This document shows positions 12,325 to 24,872 of a stretch of 64,000 nt of DNA, piece by piece. Position numbers and translations under genes: made by a program. The DNA comes from Eledone cirrhosa (Eukaryota): the NCBI GenBank assembly GCA_964016885.1, contig OZ024741.1, positions 23,064,001-23,128,000 of the forward strand, read 5' to 3'. The number at the start of each line of letters is the position of its first letter. The first letter of the stretch is position 1. The notes below the pieces were generated by a model. That model was not told the DNA's origin. It did not search any database and saw only the letters and a list, made by a program, of their open reading frames with translations.

Positions 12325-12585
12325 TTAATTATGTAAATAAGTAAGCATATGCTAATTAAAGGTATTAACATGTTTATACATTAATTGCACAGTAATTAGG
12401 AATTAACATTTATTAATTTTCTGAGTATAATTATAATATTTATATAAAATAAATATTTTTAGACCTAACCCTAAATAGAATCTTATATAGGACCAAAAGG
12501 GTTACATCTAAGTAAAAAAAGAAGAAAAATATTCTTAATTTTTCTTAATAAGACAATCATTTCATTTTGTAAAAGCAAAGAATAC

Positions 12586-12749
12586 CTGTTTGGAAGTTGG
12601 TGTTTGAAATTCTCCCTCATTTCCAAAGGTTGACCAACGCTTGTGCCTTGAAGCAGCTTCAGGCTTAGCAACAAGATCTGAAGAGGCTTCATCTTCTCCA
12701 AGATTTACAAGGGCTGGTTCACTGCCCCTTCGAACATGCAATGTTGGAC
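12586..12749 (-). CDS. PARD3: Par-3/Bazooka coding exon with 14-3-3/Par-1 site (164 bp, phase 1-0)
   Basis: ccag|GT CCA ACA TTG CAT GTT CGA AGG GGC AGT GAA CCA ... AAA CAG|gtattc; PTLHVRRGSEPAL matches the Par-3 LHVRRSSDPAL motif, and KRWST matches the conserved RWST. Confidence 0.92.
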
Positions 12750-12859
12750 CTGGTAGGAAAAATAGAAAATCAGATGTTATCAAAATTCAAAGGTTTTAAT
12801 GTATCATTCAGAATAACTGGTTGTTTTGAACTTCCAGAACAGTTTAATCATGAAATTAA

Positions 12860-13336
12860 CAAGTAGGTGGCTGAGCATTCCATAGACATGTATCTAATAT
12901 ATCTCTCAGGGAGATTGAGTGAGCCAGAGTGTGTGTGTAACAAGGTTGACCCTTTGAATTTACAGGTACAACTAATTTTTGCCAGCTGAGTAGACTGGAG
13001 CAATGTGAAATATAGTGTCTTGCTCAAGGACACAGTGGACTGAATCAACATGAAATAAGGTGTCTTGCTCAAGGACAATGGACTGAAGCAATGTGAAATA
13101 AAGTGTCTTGCTCAAAGACACAATGGACTGAAGCAAGAAGAAAAAGTGTCTTGCTCAAGAACACAATGGACCGAAGCAATGTAAAATAAAGTGTCTTACT
13201 CAAGAACACAATGGACCGAAGCAATGTAAATTAAAGTGTCTTGCTCAAGGACACAATGCACCATCTGAGCCAGAAATCAAACTCAAGACCTTATGATCTT
13301 GAGCCCACCACCCTAACCATTAAGTCACATGCCTTC
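12860..13336 (-). mobile_element. Family A SINE with six internal tandem copies of a 43-45 bp core segment
   Basis: GACTGAAGCAATGTGAAATAAAGTGTCTTGCTCAAGGACACAATG x6 at 12993-13258, between normal SINE 5' and 3' parts. Confidence 0.85.
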
Positions 13337-13956
13337 AGAATAACTAAATATGTGTATAAATTTAGGAATGCTGGAAATGTTTACAAAATTATGGCCTATT
13401 TCTATATAATTTTGTAATTTACATTTTGTCATAATTATAATGAATAATGGTACAGTTGATTGGCAGAAATGGTAATCATTTCTGGATAAAATGTAAATTA
13501 GTTGACTATTTCCCATTTCAACATTTAACTGTTGCAAAGGTTGGTGAATTAAGAACCATTAAGATAGAGGAATTAATTCTTACAAAACTTAATTTGTACA
13601 TAGACAAAAGCTGCTGCTATGAAATGGTACAGGACTTGATGCCAATCATGAAAAAACTTAGAAACTTGCTTGAAAGTTCAAAGAACAAAGAAAGTGGCAT
13701 GATGGCAGCTAGTTCAGTAATTCCTCAACCTTAGACTAAAACACTAAGGAGTCCTCATTATGATGTCTCTAGGGCTAGGGCGGTGGATTGGCAGTATCGG
13801 TAGAGGGTCGGACGTCATGCATTGCAGCAAAAGAATTACAGCCTTTATGGTCCGAGTTGAAAGGTAGAAACAATTATGATGTCTATCTACCCATTTCATT
13901 AACCAGTCACCAATGATACTTGAAAGATTATTATCATGATTGTGTGGTAACCTTAC

Positions 13957-14155
13957 CTGCAAGAACATCTTCTAAAGTGACAATGACACCATTATCTGTT
14001 AGATTGGATGCTTTAAAATCTCCATCACTGGAATTTGTGGGACCATTGTTATTTTGGAAGATATCTGGGCTTGAGGTACCAACAGAACTTGCACTGGCTC
14101 CATCACCATTGTTGAACACAAGGTTCCTCTGTGTTTCATCATAAATAGCTATCAA
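13957..14155 (-). CDS. PARD3: Par-3/Bazooka coding exon (end of CR1 oligomerisation domain; 199 bp, phase 0-1)
   Basis: atag|TTG ATA GCT ATT TAT GAT GAA ... GCA G|gtaagg; LIAIYDE...GDGASASSVGTSSPDIF matches Par-3 LVAVFDE...GDGTSASSTGTQSPEIF. Confidence 0.93.
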
Positions 14156-14371
14156 CTATAACAAATTAAAAAGAAACAATAGTAGTAATAATATTATAAA
14201 TGGAAATATTGATAAACAAGCTCCTATTTCTTTCAAACCGTTTCCCACAAAAGTTATTTATGTAAAACTTGTTCTGATATACAAATATTTGTACATTATT
14301 AGAGCAATTACTTTTACATAAACCACTCCTCTGTATTACTAGCTTAGTTAAATATACACAGAGTTATATGT

Positions 14372-16882
14372 CATCTCAATGAGCAACACACACCACAGTA
14401 AGACCAGCGCTACCATCTCTTGACCATCTCAATGACCAACACACACCACAGTAAGACCAGCACTACCATCTCAATGACCAACACACCACAGTAAGACCAG
14501 CACTACCATCTCAATGACCAACACACACCACAGTAAGACCAGCACTACCATCTCAATGACCAACACACACCAGTAAGACCAGCACTACCATCTCTTGACC
14601 ATCTCAATGACCAACACACACCACAGTAAGACCAGCACTACCATCTCTTGACCATCTCAATGACCAACACACACCAGTAAGACCAGCACTACCATCTCAA
14701 TGACCAACACTACCATCTCTTGACCATCTCAATGACCAACACACACACCAGTAAGACCAGCACTACCATCTCTTGACCATCTCAATGACCAACACACCAC
14801 AGGAAGACCAGCACTACCATCTCTTGACCATCTCAATGACCAACACACGCCACAGTAAGACCAGCACTACCATCGCAATGACCAACTCATTGACCAACAC
14901 ACACACCAGTAAGACCAGCACTACCATCTCTTGACCATCTCAATGACCAACACTCACCACAGTAAGACCAGCACTACCATCTCTTGACCATCTCAATGAC
15001 CAACACACGCCACAGTAAGACCAGCACTACCATCGCAATGACCAACTCATTGACCAACACACACCAGTAAGACCAGCACTACCATCTCTTGACCATCTCA
15101 ATGACCAACACTCACCACAGTAAGACCAGCACTACCATCTCTTGACCATCTCAATGACCAACACGCCACAGTAAGACCAGCACTACCATCGCAATGACCA
15201 ACTCATTGACCAACACACACACCAGTAAGACCAGTACTATCATCTCTTGACCATCTCAATCACCAACACACACCAGTAAGACCAGCACTACCATCTCCTG
15301 ACCATCTCAATGACCAACACACCACAGTAAGACCAGCACTCATCTGACCAGCACTACCATCTCAATGACCAACACACACATCACAGTAAGACCAGCACTA
15401 CCATCTCTTGACCATCTCAATGACCAACACCACAGTAAGACCAGCACTACCATCTCTTGACCATCTCAATGACCGACACCACAGTAAGACCAGCACTACC
15501 ATCTCTTGACCATCTCAATCACCAACACACACCAGTAAGACCAGCACTACCATCTCTTGACCATCTCAATGACCAACACACACACAGTAACACCAACACT
15601 ACCATCTCTTGACCATCTCAATGACCAACACATCACAGTAAGACCAGCACTAGCATCTCTTGACCATCTCAATGACCAACACATCACAGTAAGACCAGCA
15701 CTAGCATCTCTTGACCATCTCAATGACCAACACACACACCAGTAAGACCAGCACTACCATCTCTTGACAATCTCAATGACCAACACTCACATCACAGTAA
15801 GACCAGCACTAGCATCTCTTGACCATCTCAATGACCAACACATCACAGTAAGACCAGCACTAGCATCTCTTGACCATCTCAATGACCAACACACACCACA
15901 GTAAGACCAGCACTACCATCTCTTGACCATCTCAATGACCAACACACATAGTAAGACAAGCACTACCATCTCAATGACCAACACACACATCACACTAAGA
16001 CCAGCACTACCATCTCTTGACCATCTCAATGACCAACACACATCACAGTAAGACCAGCACTACCATCTCTTGACCATCTCAATGACCAACACTCACATCA
16101 CAGTAAGACCAGCACTACCATCTCTTGACCATCTCAATGACCAACACACACATCACACTAAGACCAGCACTACCATCTCAATGACCAACACACACCAGTA
16201 AGAAGACCAGCACTACCATCTCTTGACCATCTCAATGACCAACACACATCACAGTAAGACCAGCACTACCATCTCTTGACCAACACACCACAGTAAGACC
16301 AGCACTACCATCTCAATGACCAACACACACACCAGTAAGACCAGCACTACCATCTCAATGACCAACACACACACCAGTAAGACCAGCACTACCATCTCAA
16401 TGACCAACACACCACAGTAAGACCAGCACTACCACCTCTTGACCATCTCAATGACCAACACACACCACAGTAAGACCAGCACTACCATCTCTTGACCATC
16501 TCAATGACCAACACACACACCACAGTAAGACCAGCACTACCATCTCTTGACCATCTCAATGACCAACACATCACAGTAAGACCAGCACTACCATCTCTTG
16601 ACCATCTCAATGACCAACACATCACAGTAAGACCAGCACTACCATCTCTTGACCATCTCAATGACCAACACACACATCACACTAAGACCAGCACTACCAT
16701 CTCTTGACCATCTCAATGACCAACACACATCACACTACCATCTCTTGACCATCTCAATGACCAACACTCACATCACAGTAAGACCAGCACTACCATCTCA
16801 ATGACCAACACACATCACAGTAAGACCAGCACTACCATCTCTTGACCATCTCAATGACCAACACACATCACAGTAAGACCAG
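14372..16882. repeat. Variable-unit (~40-55 bp) minisatellite array
   Basis: Unit CAGTAAGACCAGCACTACCATCTC(TTGACCATCTC)AATGACCAA(CA)n with an optional 11-bp module and variable CA tract. Confidence 0.97.
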
Positions 16883-17062
16883 TCCACCCTGTAAAGTGGT
16901 TGTGTATGTTTCATGACAAAAAGCACCCAGCCCACACAGTAAATGTGGTAGGTGTTAGGTAGGGCTTCCAGCCATAGAAACCAAGCCCAAACCAGTCCTG
17001 TATGATTAAGACAGTCATCTGACCTGGCTTGTCTCACAATGGGACAACTCATCTAACCCATG

Positions 17063-17470
17063 TTAGCCCACTTATTCCTGGGAGAGTCGGGGGTAGAGTC
17101 CTCAAACACTCCTTCCAGTGGGCCCTGTAAGAAACAACCATCTCTAACAGATCCAGCTGGATCTTTTAAGCGAGACCAGCCAAGCTCATGGATGTTATCC
17201 AACCATCTTGCTCCGGGTCTACCCCTGGATCTCCAGCTGGTTGGTTTTGCCAGTAAAATCTGTTCAGTGATTCTTTCCTGAGATATTCTAACCATATGTC
17301 CATAGTATTGGAGCTGTGATCTCTCAATTTGGAGAAGTAGCAGCTCTACCTGGAGTGACTCTCTGATCTCTCAGCTACACCCTACCGAGAAACATTACTC
17401 CAAGGACCCTGCAGAGGAACCCCATTTTGCCCACTTGTATTCGTGATCTTATTATTTTCCTCATTACCTA
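17063..17470 (-). mobile_element. RTE-clade LINE 3' fragment
   Basis: Translates ...ITEQILLAKPTSWRSRGRPGARWLDNIHELGWSRL (RTE C-terminal RGRP..RW motif); same family at 31160-31345, 59310-59535 and 62440-63225. Confidence 0.8.
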
Positions 17471-17768
17471 AGATTCCTGACAATAGGTAAGGGTTTGCAC
17501 GAATACTAAATTGAAGATAGAGTTTTTCTTCTGATTACCAAATGTTGAAACTGGCATATTATTGCAGCTCCCAAGAAAACTCTCACAACCCAAATTTTTG
17601 CTTATTTTCAAAATTAATTGAAACACATTAACTGTATATTTCATTAGGAATACTGTATCAAAAGGGTTCAGATAACTAACACCCAACATGTCTGGAGGTC
17701 AAGTAAGAAAAATAATTTCAAAATAGAGTTATATTAAAATGTTATGTTAAGAAAAGTTGAATTTTTAC

Positions 17769-17870
17769 CTGTTCTCTATCATCTACGACATCATTAAGAA
17801 AGTCATCGGGGTCAAGGATTCCTTCATCAGTTAAAGTCTTTAAACTGTGGACTGTTACCCAACTGTCAGA
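17769..17870 (-). CDS. PARD3: Par-3/Bazooka coding exon 2 equivalent (CR1/DUF3534 domain; 102 bp, phase 0-0)
   Basis: gtag|TCT GAC AGT TGG...GAA CAG|gtaaaa; SDSWVTVHSLKTLTDEGILDPDDFLNDVVDDREQ matches Par-3 W..VH.L....GILD.DD.L.DV.DD; not in the ORF track. Confidence 0.93.
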
Positions 17871-17939
17871 CTACAATATATAACATGAAAATAACATTGT
17901 TTAGTATAGAAAAACATCTTAATAAAATCAAATAATATA

Positions 17940-18300
17940 CATATACATAAATAACATTACAAATATGTCATTGATAAATACAGATATAAACACATATAAC
18001 AAATACAACCATTGCCAAGAACCTCACAAAAACATCAAAACACATGACCAGGGCGAGAGAAAAAGAGGGAAAAAAGGGGGAAGCAAAAACAAAAATGATC
18101 ATCAATTCATCAAGAAGTGTGACAATCAGCTGTACATCATAAGGGTCAACAGAACACTTTGAGGCAAGCCAACATGCTCGCATCATTACCATTGGTGATG
18201 GCAAGGCTAAGGCACTGAAACAACCAGGCACCCTCATGGGCAACACCTGAGACCTCGGTAAGGTGAACCGCCAACAATGACAAGAATTTGTTCTTAATAA
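17940..18300 (-). mobile_element. CRE-like (restriction-like endonuclease) non-LTR retrotransposon 3' end
   Basis: FLSLLAVHLTEVSGVAHEGAWLFQCLSLAITNGNDASML resembles the LFQRLS.AIQRGNAAS.L C-terminus of CRE-type ORFs; the downstream UTR recurs at ~30550-30725. Confidence 0.5.
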
Positions 18301-20404
18301 AATCAAACAGAAAAATAAAAAGTGGACATTTTGTTTTAGTACCCAATGATAGTTTGAATTTTACAAATAACAATTTAAGGAGGTATTTTCTGTGAGAAGA
18401 CCTACAAATAAATTGGAATACTAAAAGTGCAATCTGTTGAATGTGTAATATAATTCCATAGGATAGGTAGATTGTATACAAGGTAAAATGAGTAGTTAAA
18501 CATTAAAAACTTAATACAGGCAGGTAAATAAGAACAAGATAGAAAACTGATATCACCATAGTTGATGGTATCTTTAACATTATGTAAACCAAAAACTGGT
18601 GGTTTAGCCGGCCTCCCCACCCGCTGAAAGGTCCTCTCAACTCTTTTTGGCATGGTTTTTATGACAAAGTCCTTCCTAATATCAACCACATTACAGAGTG
18701 TGCTGGGTGCATTTTGTTGTGGTAGCAGCACAAGGGAAGTTGTCAAGCAGACTTGACTGAAAACCCTCTCTACACTGAGGTTGTGTAGGGTGGAAATAGG
18801 ATAGGACAGGTATATTAGGTAATTGAGAAGGGGTTGTGAGGGAGAGAAAAGTGGTAACTTCACTGTTGGGGGTGCTGTGTGTGTGTGGTGGTGGTGGGGG
18901 TATTCAAATGGTTATATGGGGAAGAAGAGGTGAGAAAGCATGTCATGAGTGTAAGCCATGTGGAGGAGTTTGACAGTGATGTGAGGGTGAGGAGGTGAGA
19001 GGTGATGCTGGGTGCAGGGATGGTGAGAATAGTTTCTAAGGAGATGTCAGGTCACGTTTTATGCTGGCAAGGGGAGTGTTCCCCTGCCTCCCAAGTACTA
19101 CATGTCACCCATCTTCATAATCCTTTGTTAGGTTTACATCTTCCCTGAATCCCTCCCACTGACATTTCTCGCTATGTTCTTATACAGCTATCATCTTCTA
19201 TACATATCTCATGTTCATCTCAACATAGTCTCTAACATCCTACATTGGACCCCTGTTATACAGAATGTTTCTCCCAACTCATGCTACATCGTTCATCCAC
19301 AATAATGTCACAAATCTATCAGAGCACACTATGTCCTATTGCCATGTAGCATGTTCACATGCAGGTATCATAGAGTCTACCCTTTACTCTCAGAGAGAAA
19401 CCCTTTGTTACCAGCTCCCTAAACTTCTTGGCTACCATGGTTTCAGAGCATCCCCCACCACTGCTGACTACATTTCTTTTATAATTTGTTGAAATTACAA
19501 TTGTAACTAGTAAAAAATATAATTGTAATATTTCAGTCATTTTTAAACAAATGGCATAAGAGTTTTTTTTTTTTCCCCTCTGTGAAATATTTACAGGATG
19601 TGAAAGGTTATAAGGTTTGCTGTAAATATTATCACCAACCACTTCTAACAATGAAAAAATTAAACAAAAAAAAAAGAAAAAGACAGGTGGAAGCTTATGA
19701 GCAAGTGCTATTGTTCAGTGCCATGCTTTTGGTAAAAGGTTAAGGTAGAAGGAAACTGACTGAAATGACCAGGATGTTTTAGTTTTCTCTGTCAAACTGA
19801 GAACATATCAAAGTGACTAGAAATGCCAGAGAACTGTTAAAGGAAATAATGAAATAACGTGACAGTGAAAAGGAAATGAAGAGAAATGAAGAGAAATGTA
19901 TTCAAAAATTATATTTAGATGTCACTTCAAATTTCTCACACAGTAAAAACTAAAAATGTATTAGACACAAAAGAAACAAAACAAATATGCAAATGAATAC
20001 AGAAAAATATGGAAAAAAAATTGTCAGGAATTTAGAAGAATAAAAAAAATTAAATATTACCAATAAAAAAAATTTATTTAGTGTTAGTGAAGAACAATCT
20101 AGAAACAGAATTATTTATAATACAGTAAAAGTGGTTGGTGTTAGGAAGAGCATCTGTAAAAATCCCAGCCAAAATGCAGTTCCATTTGAACAAGTTACAA
20201 TGTGGCTAACTGGGGCCAGACTTGTATCATAATATATAACAGACGACCTGTCCAACCCATGCCAGCGAGGAAAATAGATGTTAAACAATGATGATGATGA
20301 ATACCTTAAATATAATTTCTATATAAACTGATAATCTCCGCTAAACTGATCACTTTACATAAATACAATATTTTTCAATATACTAATCCCACTAGTATTT
20401 CTTT

Positions 20405-20992
20405 TAAAGAAAAGAAAAAGAAAAGAAAAGAAAAGAAAAAGAAAAGAAAAAGAAAAAAAGAAAAAGAAAAGAAAAAGAAAGAAAAAAAGAAAAAAAAGAA
20501 AAAGAAAAAGAAAAAAAAGAAAAAGAAAAAGGAAAAGAAAAAAAAAGGGAAAAAAGAAAAATAAATTAAAAAATAAATTGAAAAAGAAAAAGAAAAAGAA
20601 AAAGAAAAAAACAAAAAAAGAACAAAAGGAACAAAAAAAGAAGAAAAAGAAAAAGAAAAAGAAAAAAACAAAGCAAAAACAAAAAAAAAGAACAAAAAAA
20701 GGAAAAAAGAACAAAAAAAGAAGAAAAAGAAAAAGAAAAAGAAAAAAAAGAAAACAAAGAAAAAAAGAAAAAAAAGAAGAAGAAAAAGAAGAAAAAGAAA
20801 AAAAGAAGAAATGGAAGAAGAGAAAGAAGAGGAAGGAGAGGAAAAGGAAGAAGAGGAAAAGGAAGTAGAGGAAAAGGAGAGGAAAAGGAAGAAGAGGAGG
20901 AAGAAAAGGAAGAGCAAGGGGAGGAGAGGAAGAAGGAGAGGAAGAAGAAAAGGAAATGAAAGAAAAGGAAGAGAAAGGCGAAAGAAGAAGAG
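20405..20992. repeat. Polypurine tract grading from (GAAAA)n to (GAG/GAA)n
   Basis: ~590 bp almost pyrimidine-free; source of the poly-F and poly-K ORFs. Confidence 0.95.
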
Positions 20993-22389
20993 GATCCATA
21001 AGGTTCCCCGAAACAATACACAAATGAGAAATACATTTATCACAAAACACTATTTTCACCACCCTATTTCACCCCTGTTCCCACACAATACACAAGAGTC
21101 ATAACAAAATACCTGTAACCTCAACTCATAACCTCTGTGTTGCTATTCTAGATATGTGAAGATTTATCTGTGGATACTCTTTTACTTTGACCTGTTCCAG
21201 CCATCCGGCTGAGGCCATGCTGGGGGGCACCGCACTTGATAGTTTACTATTGTGTAATAATTATCCACAGATAGTTATTACATCTACTCTCAAATAATGC
21301 CACCTCTCCACACTTATTAATTTATCAGATTTTTTTTCTAAACTGCCTTGCTTATTAAATTTTGCTAATCTATCTGGTAAAATTTTATTTTTTTAAGTGG
21401 TAACATTCCTGCAACAATTTTCTTTAGACATTAAAAAAAATTACATTACTAGAAATCCCATATGTTATAAAATAAATAGGATGGGTTGGGGTCTCAATAT
21501 GTAAACTAAACCAGTGGTCGCCAACATGGGTTCCGTAAAACAAACTCCGGGTTCCTTAAAAAAATAAATATTTACATTACCATTAATATTTTGGGTTTTC
21601 TGAAAAAGGTGCAAAGAAAATGCCAAAGGTGCAATGTATAAATGAACAAGTACTATTGTAGTGTACACAGGTTCTCCACTCCAATTCGTGGAAAACACTA
21701 CTTTCAGTTTCTCACTTGAATTAGCAGAAAAACACTGTTCTGAGATTCGTGGAAATTGAATACTTTCAATTTCACATCAATTCTTGGAAAGACAAAGTTT
21801 TCTGAATTCCGAGAATTTGACTACTACTGATAATACACTAATTGAACTTAGAAATTAACCAATCACGAACAAGTAAATGTTGGTCGATAACAGCATAACT
21901 TTAAACTGAAAACTTCAGTTCAGCGAGGTCTTTCAGCCGAGAGACAGGGTCAGTTCGCTGTTCTCACAACGTAAGTTCAGTAGAATGTTTTCAATAGAGA
22001 ACACGTTTTAATCTGCTGTCCTCACAAAAGCTTTAAAGTCGCCTAAAGTTTCCTCACATAGTGAACTCGCTTACTAGTCGTTTTCAACATGCATCCAGTT
22101 CTACAGACAATTCTAAATAAGAACACGTTACATTCTGTTGTACTTGCACAGAAAATATAACGCCTGTAAAGTTTCGACTACTAACAAAGGTAATTTTGTA
22201 TTCCATGCATACACTATAAACTTTGCCTCACAATTATGTATTCATTTGAAGACATCTGCATTCACAATTGAGAAATTACTTTATACAATAAATATATATG
22301 TCCACAAACATTTGACTAAACTTTATTTGTTCCAATCTAATATATGTTTAACGCAGCCTAAAGCCTTCTTATATTATATCTAACTTTGA

Positions 22390-22484
22390 AGGTTGACTTT
22401 GCCTTTCATCCTTACGGGGGTCGATAAAATAAAGTACCAGTAATGCACTGGGTAATTGCTGGCCTTGTGCCTAAAGTAGAAACA
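22390..22484 (+). mobile_element. 5'-truncated family B SINE inserted in the hAT
   Basis: Flanked by 17-bp direct repeat ATTATATCTAACTTTGA (22373-22389, 22485-22501). Confidence 0.9.
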
Positions 22485-22957
22485 ATTATATCTAACTTTG
22501 AGTCAAAATAGATAGAAGATATCTGAATTAATTTCCAATACCATCGTCACATCTACACTATCAGCTGATTTGCATTTTTTGCACCTTTTAGTATGGCAGA
22601 TATTTAAATATATTTACATTACCAATAATATTTAATACAACCCTAAAGTAGTATATGCAGGAAGTGCTGGACTCTGAAATCTGAAAAAAATTTCTTCTAG
22701 TTGTTTATAAATTTGCACCTTTTTCAGTAACCCCTAATATTTTAATATTATTATAAGACTTTAAATAATATGTTTGCCATCCTAAAATGGAGAAATTTCA
22801 ATTTTTAAAAATTAAAATTCTTTTTTAACTAGTTAAGTTTTTCCAAATATCTAAAATTAAAGTTAATTTAAGTACTTTTTGTAATAAAAAAAAACTCAAT
22901 TTCTCTTGTTTATTAATGTCATATTAAAAATATTAACTGTAGATAAATAACATTGAT

Positions 22958-24872
22958 ATGATGTCTACTGCAAAGAAGCTGAAGTTGGATACCAGCAGTA
23001 AGGTTAGACAGTGGTGTGATGATTATGTTAGATATGGATTTCAAAAAGCTGACACTAAAAAAGATACACCAGATCAGCCCATGTGTTTGCTATGTTCAAA
23101 AGTTCTATCAAATAGCTGTTTAAATCCTGCAAAACTTAAAAGACACCTTGATACTAATCACACCAATGATAAAAGCAAGTCACTGGAATACTTTACTTCG
23201 CTGAAAAACAACATAATAAAAAAAAAAAAAAAAAAAAAAAAAAATCACAAGCTAATATGTATGATTTGTTTTGTAAAAAGTCAGATAGAAATAAAGCTTT
23301 AACAAGAACATCTTTTGAAATTTCACATTTGATTGGTAAAAACAAGAAACCATTTACATTAGGAGAACAGTTAATTCTGCCAAGTATAAACATTGCTACA
23401 GAGAATCTTTTTGAAAGCTGCAGTATTAAGGACAAAGAAAAATTAAGCCAGTTACCATTGTCAGTAAATACCGTAAAAAGAAGGATAATTGATATTTCTT
23501 CTGATATAGAAAATCAGATACTAACTGCACTAAAGAAAAGCCCATGTTTTGGTTTGCAAGTGGACGAAACTACGGATATTAATAACAAGGCTCAATTAAT
23601 TTGCTATGTACGGTTTGTAGACCTTGATAAAAAAGAATTAGTAGAAGAGTATTTGTTTTGTCTGGTATTAGATATCACAACTAAAGGTCAAGATATATTC
23701 AATAAAATTGAAGAGTATTTAAAAAAAATGGTGTATCTTGGAGCAAGTTGACTTCAATAACAACAGATGGAGCAGCTGCAATGACTGGTAAAAATTCTGG
23801 TTTGATTGCAAAAATTAAAGAACAGATCCCAATTGTATTTCAAATCATTGTATGATTCATTGAGAGGTTTTGTGTTCAAAAAAATTCAAAGACAGATGCA
23901 CAAATATTAAATGACCAGCTGAAAGACATTGTCAACATTATCAATTTGATCCATGCAAGAGCAAAAAATTCTAGAATGTTTGAATCTATTTGTGAATCTT
24001 CTGGAAGTAATTATAATAGATTGTTATTGAACAATGATGTGCGTTGGCTGTCTTTTGGGGATGCTATGAAGAGAGTTTTTGAATTGAGAGAAGAAATAAT
24101 AGTTTTTCTAAAAAAACAGAATGATGAAAGAGCAAGTGTATTAGAAACCAATGAATGGAATGTGCAACTCGCTTATTTAGTAGACATTTTTGGTGAACTG
24201 AACAAACTAAATAAGTGTCTTCAGGGTAACAATGCAGATATTTTTACTTCAATCAATTTTATTACATATTTTCAATCAAAATTAAACATCTTTATAAAAA
24301 GAATTGAATCGGACAATTACTCATTACTTTCAAACCTTGAAATAGAGCTTAAAAAGAGAGAAGATTTTGACTCCAGCAACCGAAAGAAGATTATTCTTTC
24401 TCATTTAAATGTGCTTTCCACAAGTTTTTCAGATTATTTTGACTTGATGGAAAAAGATATTGTTAGCGGAAATTTATGGATAAAAAACCCGTTCACCGAG
24501 ATTGAGCAGTTAGTGTCAGAAAATGACGCTGGAAATTGTAAAAATTTAGTACCTGCACAATGCTTACATCAGTTGATGGATTTGAATTCAAACGAAGACC
24601 TAAAAGTGATATTCGAAAGCAGAAAGAAAGAACTATGGATCGACTTATTCTTGATTGGGTAGTTTAATGAAATCAGCCAACTTGCATTGAAATATTTGAC
24701 TTTATTCCCATCTAGCTACTTGTTCGAAGGATTTTCGCAGTTGGTAGAAATCTGCACAAAGAAGATGAATAAACTGTCAGCAATTGACGAGTGTATGAGA
24801 CTGGCATTAACTAGTGTTGAACCTCGATTTTCTAAACTCACTGATGAGGCGCAGCAGCAGAAAAGCCACTAG
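22958..24872 (+). pseudogene. Disrupted Buster-type hAT transposase
   Basis: BED finger (CLLC...LKRHLDTNH), LQVDETTD, TDGAAAMTG, HCMIH, VRWLS and FPSSYL.EGFS motifs spread over four ORFs; frameshifts (A-run 23218-23244 and others) and a TGA at 23861. Confidence 0.93.

Noticed and set aside
22958-24872. Domesticated ZBED8/SCAND3-like host gene
   Set aside because: Intact TIRs and TSD plus stop and frameshifts show a decaying transposon copy.
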